NCBI GenBank assembly: GCA_051251855.1
Contig: JBPOGI010000002.1
Span: 448,001-512,000 of the forward strand
Reading direction: 5' to 3'
Source of the DNA: Roseibacillus sp.
GTDB taxonomy: Bacteria; Verrucomicrobiota; Verrucomicrobiia; Verrucomicrobiales; Akkermansiaceae
Length of the DNA stretch: 64,000 bases
Both the position numbers and the translations under genes were made by a program. Under the pieces are notes generated by a model. It ran no database searches. It was given only the letters and a program-made list of their open reading frames with translations, and was not told the origin of the DNA. The stretch's first letter is position 1. Each line of letters begins with the position of its first letter. Below, one piece after another: positions 56,960-64,000 of this stretch.

Positions 56960-57667
56960 ATGGGGGAGAAAATTGCCGCTTTTTTGTTTGTCGTTGCGCT
57001 TGCGAAAGTGCAGGCAGCCACATTCGTTTTAGATTCATTTGATTCAGGTTCTTTTTCTTTGTCGGAAAGTGGTCAACATTTCGACAGTGATCGTATTGGA
57101 AGTCCTCTTGGATTCAATCGAGACGTGAGAATTAGAAGTGGGCTGGCAACACCAGGGACTTCCATGATGAGCGTCCTCAATTCCAGCACCGACACCTTGT
57201 CATTGAATTTTAATGGTGAAAGCGAGTCTTCAATTCGACCTTTAGACTTTCGGGTTTCTTATAAGATAGGAGAGCCTTTTAGCCTATTAGGTTCAACGGC
57301 ATTCGAATTGGATTTGAGTGCTTTTTCTGGTGCAGGGTTTCTTGTTGTTGAGCTTGGTGGTGGGGACACTGGTTTCTACGGACCGAATGCAAATCGCATT
57401 GCATTGAATGGCCCGGGAACTCTAACAGTGCCTTTTAGTGAATTGAACTTTTCACCCGGAAGCACGATTGATTCTTTTTCATCGACGCGTTTTGTTTTTG
57501 AAGCAGAGAGCGAACAATTTTCTCTTACCCTCGATGAAATTCGAGTGGTTCCCGAGCCATCGAGCTTTCTATTTCTGAGTCTTGCTGGGCTCTTTGGTGT
57601 CACCAAACGTTTACGTTGTTCATCGTCCTCCGAGAAGAAAGATAGTGAAGCGGCCGCGCCAAACTGA
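56960..57667 (+). CDS. PEP-CTERM sorting-domain protein
   Basis: Signal peptide ending VQAA; VPEPSS plus TM segment plus KRLR. Confidence 0.85.
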   Translation: MGEKIAAFLFVVALAKVQAATFVLDSFDSGSFSLSESGQHFDSDRIGSPLGFNRDVRIRSGLATPGTSMMSVLNSSTDTLSLNFNGESESSIRPLDFRVSYKIGEPFSLLGSTAFELDLSAFSGAGFLVVELGGGDTGFYGPNANRIALNGPGTLTVPFSELNFSPGSTIDSFSSTRFVFEAESEQFSLTLDEIRVVPEPSSFLFLSLAGLFGVTKRLRCSSSSEKKDSEAAAPN

Positions 57668-57680
57668 ACCAAATTCATTC

Positions 57681-59396
57681 TTAGTCCCAACGAGGTTTCT
57701 GGAGTCCGATAAGAGCGGCAGCGAGGCCGATGACGAGGTGAGCGATGAGGAGGAATTGGCAGGTGTTGGCTGGAGAGAGGGTGGTCTCGGTGACGGCTTT
57801 GATGGCGTTGAATTTGTCTTGGTCCAAGGAATCGACGGCTCCCGACCAAGCCCAATAGGCGGCAATGAAGGGGCGGGTGAAGGGCTCGATGGCGACTGGG
57901 AGGGCAAGCACAGCGCCGGAGAGAGGGAGCTGGAAGCCGACGAGGTAAATCGATAGTAGGGAGGCTTGCTCGGCGTTCTTGGCCAAAGATGAAATGCCGA
58001 GGCAAACGGCGGTCATGGCGGCATTGACGAGAACGAGGAAGGAGAGGTGAGCCATAAAGTCGCCCTTGAACTCCCAGAAGAGCTCGACGAAAAAGCCCAT
58101 CCAGAGTGATTGGATGAGAACGATAATGCTGAGGAAAATGAGTTTGGAGGCCAAATAGGCGGGAGGGGAGAGGCCGCCGAATTTTTCTTTTTCGAAGATG
58201 TTACGCTCGGAGGCTACTTCGCGGGCGGCGTTGTTAGAGCCCATGAGGCAGAGGAGGACCACTTGGAACATGATGATGCCCGAGTTGGCGGAACCGACCT
58301 TGAGGCGAGACTCGCGAACTTCGGCGCGGTTGATGAGCTCCTCGATTTTGTTTTCCTCCATGCTGTTAGAGAGGCGCTGGGTTTGTTCGTTGGCGCGGGG
58401 GGAGAAGAGGGAGACGAGGAGGGGGAAGCCAATGATGAGGGCGAGTTGGAGAATGATTTGGCCTCGGTCGCGGAAGAAGATTTTGGCGCGGCGGGAGAGC
58501 AAGGTGCTGGTTTGGGTGAAGAAACCGGGAGTTCGGACTTTGGGAGTTTCGTCGGCTTCCTCTTCTTCGCTTTCCTCTTCCTTGGCGGGATCCAAGTGAG
58601 CCAGCATCTTGTTCTCGTATTGCTCGCGATGCTTACTCCAGGAAGACTGCCATTTTTCAGAGGGCTGCTTGGAGAGGGCGGGGTAGATTTCTTCGGTGTC
58701 TTCGACCGAGAAGTAGTGGGTCACTCCGGAGGGCGGGCCGTGATAGGCGACGCGGCCTTCATGCAGCACGAGGAGGGAGTCGTAGAGCTCCAAGTGGGCC
58801 AAGGAATGAGTCACCGAGATGACGGTGCGGTCGTCTTTGCGGGAAAGAGCATGCAGAAGGTGAACGATTTCGCGTTCGGAACGCGGATCGAGTCCGGAGG
58901 TGACTTCGTCACAGAGGAGGAGCTTGGGGGAGGAGACCAGTTCCATGGCGAGGCCGAGTCGTCGCTTTTGTCCGCCAGAAAGAACTTTGACGGGGCGGTC
59001 GGCGATTTCGGAAAGACCGGTTTCGGCAAGAATGCGGTCGAGGCGCTGGTCGAGTTCGCCGGTGGACCGTGAGTTGATGCGCAGGCGAGAGGCGGCTTCA
59101 ACGGATTCGTCGACGGTGAGTTCGTCGTAGGCGACGGAAAATTGGGGGACGTAGCCGATTTCGTGGGCTTCGAAGTCTTGCTCCTCCGCCAAATCGCGTC
59201 CCTGATAGGCTAGGGAGCCGCCGGTCTCGGGGTTGATGCCGGCGATGGTCTTGAGGAGGGTGGTCTTTCCGCAGCCCGATGGTCCCACGATGGCCATGAA
59301 GTGACCGGACGGGATTTTGAGGGAGATTTTGTCGAGCAGGGGATGCTCCTCACCATCTTTGGTGATGTGGAAAGAGAGGTCTGAAAGTTCGAGCAT
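57681..59396 (-). CDS. Fused ABC transporter (NBD plus ABC-2-type permease; ABCG-like)
   Basis: GPSGCGKTT, YVPQF, LSGGQKRR, DEVTSGLDP, REVASERNIFEKE; start moved to the ATG at 59396. Confidence 0.92.
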   Translation of the reverse strand: MLELSDLSFHITKDGEEHPLLDKISLKIPSGHFMAIVGPSGCGKTTLLKTIAGINPETGGSLAYQGRDLAEEQDFEAHEIGYVPQFSVAYDELTVDESVEAASRLRINSRSTGELDQRLDRILAETGLSEIADRPVKVLSGGQKRRLGLAMELVSSPKLLLCDEVTSGLDPRSEREIVHLLHALSRKDDRTVISVTHSLAHLELYDSLLVLHEGRVAYHGPPSGVTHYFSVEDTEEIYPALSKQPSEKWQSSWSKHREQYENKMLAHLDPAKEEESEEEEADETPKVRTPGFFTQTSTLLSRRAKIFFRDRGQIILQLALIIGFPLLVSLFSPRANEQTQRLSNSMEENKIEELINRAEVRESRLKVGSANSGIIMFQVVLLCLMGSNNAAREVASERNIFEKEKFGGLSPPAYLASKLIFLSIIVLIQSLWMGFFVELFWEFKGDFMAHLSFLVLVNAAMTAVCLGISSLAKNAEQASLLSIYLVGFQLPLSGAVLALPVAIEPFTRPFIAAYWAWSGAVDSLDQDKFNAIKAVTETTLSPANTCQFLLIAHLVIGLAAALIGLQKPRWD

Positions 59397-59547
59397 GATG
59401 TCTGTTCTGGAGGAACGATGACTGAGGGAGAGTTCTTTGAGAACAGTTTTTGTTCGCAAAATGGACAATCGCTTACTTTTGCGATTGCGAAGTTATGAAG
59501 GTCCCGAACTACGTGGGATTTGGAGTGACGCTCGTTCTCTTTTTTAA

Positions 59548-59766
59548 GGGCACCTCCGGTAACCTGCGTTTTCACGACGCGAGCATTTTTTCTCAAGGCA
59601 AGGCGCGAATCGGACGTGGATGAACATCCTCGTTCGATAAGCAACGAAGCCTTGAGGAAAAAGGCGAAGCGGCCCAACGGGCGGACCTGCTGAGTCATCC
59701 GGTGCAACCGCAAGTTTTCAACTCAAACTTCAGTCCGCGTGGAAACTCGGGTTGCCGGAGGTGCCC
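59548..59766. mobile_element. Non-autonomous MITE-like element with 29-bp imperfect terminal inverted repeats, flanked by TTAA
   Basis: GGGCACCTCCGGTAACCTGCGTTTTCACG ... CGTGGAAACTCGGGTTGCCGGAGGTGCCC; TTAA at 59544-59547 and 59767-59770; internal hairpin. Confidence 0.8.
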
Positions 59767-59906
59767 TTAAGAATGCGTGATTATTTGGAGGGTCCTTGCC
59801 GCGTTAGTTTTCTCTCTTGAAGGCAGTCTTAAGTACCGGCCTCATTACTCTCTAGGGTGATGGGGTGAACGACTGAGCGAATAAAGAACCCAAAATTGCA
59901 GCGAAA

Positions 59907-62582
59907 ATGACAAAAAACCTACTCATCGCGGGCTTCACGGCCCTCACGATCGGTGCCGCGAATGCACAGACCAACATTATCGGGGACGATCCCGGCACAG
60001 GTGCCGCCCTTACTGAGACGGCCGGGACAACCGGAATTGGAAACGGAGACTTTCAGGCTTTGGTTTCAGGCACGGCCGCAACCTTCGATAACTCGGTCGA
60101 TTGGTTTAATGCGAGCGGTGATGAAACGGCGACTTTTACTTCGACCTCTTTATTGGGAGGGGCTCGTCCCCCCAATGGCACCCGAGGCGCGATAACAAGT
60201 CGAGATGTCAAGCAGGTCAATAGCACCGGCTATACCGTGACGGCGGTGGGAGAAATTTTTTCCTTAACGTATGACTTTGGTGCGGGTGGGAACTCCTCAA
60301 ATTGGGATGCGTCTACGATTCACCGCACCTTTCTCTTTACCTCAACTGCAGCAGTCGATGGCGCTTTCGATTGGGCGACTCAAGGGACTTTGGTAACGGA
60401 GAATTTGTTTGAAGCGAATCGGACCTCACCTGTGCACGGGCAGTGGTGGACGCCGGTGGTCTTCGATGGCTTTTACGTGACGACTGCAGCAGATGTGGGG
60501 AACACCCTCTACTTTGGAATGGAGTTTGTAGATGCCGATAATGCCAATAACGGAGGGAGTGGCCGGGTGGACTTGATTCATCTGTCGGTGGCGGCACCCA
60601 TCTCGGCTCCCACGCTCACGGTTGTTACTCAGCCTGCTGATATTGTCCTGCTGAATTCGGAGACCTCGGGGACGAGTGACTTTACGATTCGGAATGATTC
60701 CGCAGCGAGCACTTTGACGGTAAACTCTTATAGCGGGCTCACGGGTGGATTCAGTGTCACCAGTCCGGCTGTTCCCTTCAGTGTAGCGCCTGGTGCGACT
60801 CAGGTGATCACGGTTCAGTGGGATAGCGCGGTGGCTGCACCTGAGGTTTCTGAGACCTCGACATTAACCCTGAATAGCAACGATACCGCGAACCCTGCCG
60901 TCGATGTTTCGGTGAGTGGAAGTTTTGAGAGTTTGATGAATGTCATCGTCCAGCCTGCAGACATTGTGGTGGCCAGTCCGGATACGACGGGAACTTCTAT
61001 CTTCGAGATTGAGAATAACTCCGACACGACGACTCTCACCTTGAGTTCGATTGGGATCACCGGAGGAACGGGATTTAGTATTACCTTTCCAACCATCCCG
61101 TTTGATCTTCTACCCGGAGAAACTCAGGAAATTGATGTCACTTGGGATAGTGCTGCCGCTGGAGCAGGCGCAGTGGAGAGCGCGACTTTGACTCTCAATA
61201 GCAATGATAAGTTGGTTCCTGCCACTGAGTTGCTCGTCAATGCGCAGATTGAAAATGTGATTAGTATTCTTTCTGAACCTGAAGCCATTCCGGTTGTGAG
61301 TCCGGCGACCACGGGGACTCGTGACTTTACGATTCACAATCAATCGGACAGTTCGACTTTGACGGTCAATTCCTTCTCTGGTCTCACTGGAACGGGTTTT
61401 TCGGTCACCCCTACAGCGCCCTTCAATGTGGCTGCGGGTGCAGATCAGATCATCACTGTAGAGTGGGATAGCGCCTCGGCTGCGACGACGAATTTGGAGT
61501 CAGCAGTCCTGACGATCAACAGCAGTGATGCCGCCAGCCCTGCGGTTGATGTCCCTGTCGATGCCGGTTTTGCTGACTTTTATAGTTCTGCTCTTTCGAA
61601 CGGAGACTTCGAGACTGCCGGAACGGACCTCGCTCCTACTTGGACTGATGCGTTTGCCGATTGGGTAGAAGTGACGAATGGATTCGGAGACCCGATGGAT
61701 GTGCAGGCCGGTGGTCCACTCGTGACTGGGGTGGGAACGACTTCGGCTTATCTCTTGGGAGTGGTCAAGGGAGTTACCGCACGGGGTTCCATCATCGAAA
61801 ATGATGTGGTCAGTTCGCTCTCGAACTTCGAGATAGCTGCTGACTTTGCCATTAGCGGAACGGGAAATTTTAATCGTCGTCTCAATGTCATCATCAGTTC
61901 TCTGGGGGGAGGTGAGAACGTCAACATTCGGTACCAGAATGGCATCTTTCAGGTGCGTGACCTTTCGCCCTCGGGTTGGAGCACAATTATTGAGCAATCC
62001 GAAATCTTTGGAGGTGCAGGTCTTGAGTCGTCAGTTGATGACGATGAAGATGGCAGTCTGGATGGAGTGAACGACCTTAAGGTGATCTACAAGCTCAAGC
62101 TGACCGGGAGCGGATGGGGGACATCCAATCCTTACATGGTCTTGGATATTCTGGATGATACTGGAACACTCATTGCAAGCTCTGGGCAGTTTAAGCATTG
62201 GTTCCAAGATAATGCTCCTGCCGAGATTGATGACAAGTTGGACCGAGTTCAGTTGAGTGCAGCGTTTAGTAGTGCTCCTTCTTCTTGGTACGACAATGTG
62301 GTGGTCAGTGGATTTGAGATCAATCCTCCTGTCGCGCCAGCGGGCGATATCGAAATCACTGCCTGCTCCTTCGATCCTGTTACTGGTGCAGGTTCTATTA
62401 CCTTCACTTCGGTGGACGCGGTGAACTATGAGGTGCGTGCCTCGAGTGACTTAGAGGCAGATTTGTTCAGCTCCAACTTGGTGACCTCTGGACCTGGCAC
62501 TGGCACCTCGACGACGTTGACCTTCACCGATGTCCCACCAAACGGACAGACCCAGCGCTTCTACCGTGTTGAGCAACCCTAG
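59907..62582 (+). CDS. Secreted protein with three Ig-like (ASH/choice-of-anchor D-like) repeats and NGDF carbohydrate-binding-like modules
   Basis: Signal peptide; three repeats of F.I.N.S...TLT.....GFS....PF.V..G..Q.I.V.WDS...L.INSND; C-terminal RFYRV. Confidence 0.85.
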   Translation: MTKNLLIAGFTALTIGAANAQTNIIGDDPGTGAALTETAGTTGIGNGDFQALVSGTAATFDNSVDWFNASGDETATFTSTSLLGGARPPNGTRGAITSRDVKQVNSTGYTVTAVGEIFSLTYDFGAGGNSSNWDASTIHRTFLFTSTAAVDGAFDWATQGTLVTENLFEANRTSPVHGQWWTPVVFDGFYVTTAADVGNTLYFGMEFVDADNANNGGSGRVDLIHLSVAAPISAPTLTVVTQPADIVLLNSETSGTSDFTIRNDSAASTLTVNSYSGLTGGFSVTSPAVPFSVAPGATQVITVQWDSAVAAPEVSETSTLTLNSNDTANPAVDVSVSGSFESLMNVIVQPADIVVASPDTTGTSIFEIENNSDTTTLTLSSIGITGGTGFSITFPTIPFDLLPGETQEIDVTWDSAAAGAGAVESATLTLNSNDKLVPATELLVNAQIENVISILSEPEAIPVVSPATTGTRDFTIHNQSDSSTLTVNSFSGLTGTGFSVTPTAPFNVAAGADQIITVEWDSASAATTNLESAVLTINSSDAASPAVDVPVDAGFADFYSSALSNGDFETAGTDLAPTWTDAFADWVEVTNGFGDPMDVQAGGPLVTGVGTTSAYLLGVVKGVTARGSIIENDVVSSLSNFEIAADFAISGTGNFNRRLNVIISSLGGGENVNIRYQNGIFQVRDLSPSGWSTIIEQSEIFGGAGLESSVDDDEDGSLDGVNDLKVIYKLKLTGSGWGTSNPYMVLDILDDTGTLIASSGQFKHWFQDNAPAEIDDKLDRVQLSAAFSSAPSSWYDNVVVSGFEINPPVAPAGDIEITACSFDPVTGAGSITFTSVDAVNYEVRASSDLEADLFSSNLVTSGPGTGTSTTLTFTDVPPNGQTQRFYRVEQP

Positions 62583-62715
62583 ACGATGAGATGCTCGATT
62601 CTTGAGTAGCGGTCATCTTTGTGAAAGAGCCCGCTATTCTTTTTTCGATTTTCCCCCTAACCTTACTTATTCGATTGTTAACATCCAGTAGCTCTTAGGA
62701 GCTTCTTCATTACCC

Positions 62716-64000
62716 ATGAGTTTTAAAAATATGACCTTGCTGATGGCTGCCATTGGCCTCTTTTCAGCACCTCTGCACGCCACGACCTTTTATGAAGATA
62801 GCTTCGCTGGGGCGACGATTTCTCCGGTTTGGAATACCATCACCGGGAGCCCTGTGACGCTTGATGACCCTAACGACCAGTTGGATTATGCGCACACAGC
62901 GGGAACCGTGAGGAGGTTTCTCAATTATAATTCAGGTTTCACGAACAAGACGGGATACCTGAAGGTTGCGATTTCGAACTTCTCTGGCTCGCCCTCAATT
63001 TGGGTGGGGTTTGTGGGGCCAAGTCCTGGTAATAATGCGAACTATGTCAGCACTATCATTACGGGGGCAGGGACCTATGAGCTCTTTTTCAATAATACCA
63101 CGGGAGCTTTGGCTTTTGACAACGGAGCGGGTTGGACAGGGACGCTTGCCTCAGGGACGGGTCTATGGAGCACTGATGGTGGAAGTTCGTCGTCAGCGCT
63201 GACTATCGGGGCAAATATCGCTCTGGACGGCAATGTCTTTGGATTCGGTTTTGCGAACTTCGGCAATGGTTCGGTCTTTCCCTCTTCTTCCTTTAGTGTC
63301 GATTCCATTCTCGTCGATGACTCCTTAGTGATTACGGCGCCCGGCAACACTGCGCCGACAGTTTCCATCAGCGCTCCCGCTGATGCCACCACTGTATCCT
63401 CTGGAACGAACGTGACCTTTAACGCCTCGGCGAATGATGCGGAAGAGGGAGAACTGAGTGCGAATATCACTTGGAATTCCAGTCTCGATGGAAGCTTGGG
63501 CAGTGGAGCGAGTGTGAGCTCCGCCAGCTTGTCTAACGGGGTGCATACGATTTCTGCAAGCGTCACCGATAGTGGTGCATTGAGTGGCTCAGATTCGATT
63601 ACGTTGACGATCTCGATCGCAGGGGATTCCCCAGTGGTGAACATTACCGCTCCTTCGAGTGGAACGACGGTAGGAGCGGGCAGCGCCATTAATTTCTCGG
63701 CGACGGCGACCGATACCGAAGATGGGAATCTAGGTGCGAGCGTGACCTGGAGCTCAAGTCTCGATGGGAGTTTGGGAACGGGGGCCAGCATTAGTACCAG
63801 CTCCTTGTCTGTGGGGACGCATACCATTACTGCGGCGGTGGCTGATAGTGATACGCTGACGGGGAGTGACGCCATTGCGGTGACGATTTCGGTCTCTGGC
63901 GCTCCTCCCGTGGTCACGATTACTGGTCCGGCGGATGCGACCACTTCATTGAAGGGAGCGAGCATTACCTTCACCGGAACAGCTGTTGATCCTGAGGAGG
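62716..64000 (+). CDS. Secreted protein with tandem bacterial Ig-like repeats (runs off window end)
   Basis: Not in ORF track. MSFKNMTLLMAAIGLFSAPLHA...; repeats PTVSISAP...ASANDAEEG.LSA.I.W.SSLDGSLG.G...LS.G.HTI.A.V.DS. Confidence 0.88.
   Translation, partial: MSFKNMTLLMAAIGLFSAPLHATTFYEDSFAGATISPVWNTITGSPVTLDDPNDQLDYAHTAGTVRRFLNYNSGFTNKTGYLKVAISNFSGSPSIWVGFVGPSPGNNANYVSTIITGAGTYELFFNNTTGALAFDNGAGWTGTLASGTGLWSTDGGSSSSALTIGANIALDGNVFGFGFANFGNGSVFPSSSFSVDSILVDDSLVITAPGNTAPTVSISAPADATTVSSGTNVTFNASANDAEEGELSANITWNSSLDGSLGSGASVSSASLSNGVHTISASVTDSGALSGSDSITLTISIAGDSPVVNITAPSSGTTVGAGSAINFSATATDTEDGNLGASVTWSSSLDGSLGTGASISTSSLSVGTHTITAAVADSDTLTGSDAIAVTISVSGAPPVVTITGPADATTSLKGASITFTGTAVDPEE

Overview
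Bacterial chromosomal window, most likely from a marine Verrucomicrobiota lineage. This placement is an inference from the PEP-CTERM proteins, SHD1 domains, an ECF sigma/Ser-Thr kinase pair, a DUF6288-type protein and large secreted repeat proteins. Housekeeping genes (smc, gnd, hrpB, rlmF, menA, menB) are interspersed with a mannitol/polyol uptake and catabolism operon, a vWA protein plus two-component system, and many secreted proteins. The main hidden signal is three genes that the ORF track splits at in-frame TGA codons lying at redox-cysteine positions, each followed by a bacterial SECIS-like hairpin. These are an MsrA (G-U-FWG), a DUF3179 lipoprotein (Y-U-TL-C) and a secreted thioredoxin-like/SHD1 protein with two in-frame TGAs five codons apart. 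Other notable signals are a WNK-like catalytic-lysine swap in the ECF-coupled kinase, tandem NrdR-like boxes plus a DnaA box upstream of smc, and a shared C-terminal module on four unrelated secreted proteins. The window also holds 11-bp-periodic OmpR-type boxes, a TTAA-flanked MITE and nested REP/REPIN elements. No rRNA, tRNA (including selC), CRISPR array or transposase was recognised. All family assignments come from motif recognition by eye, not database searches.
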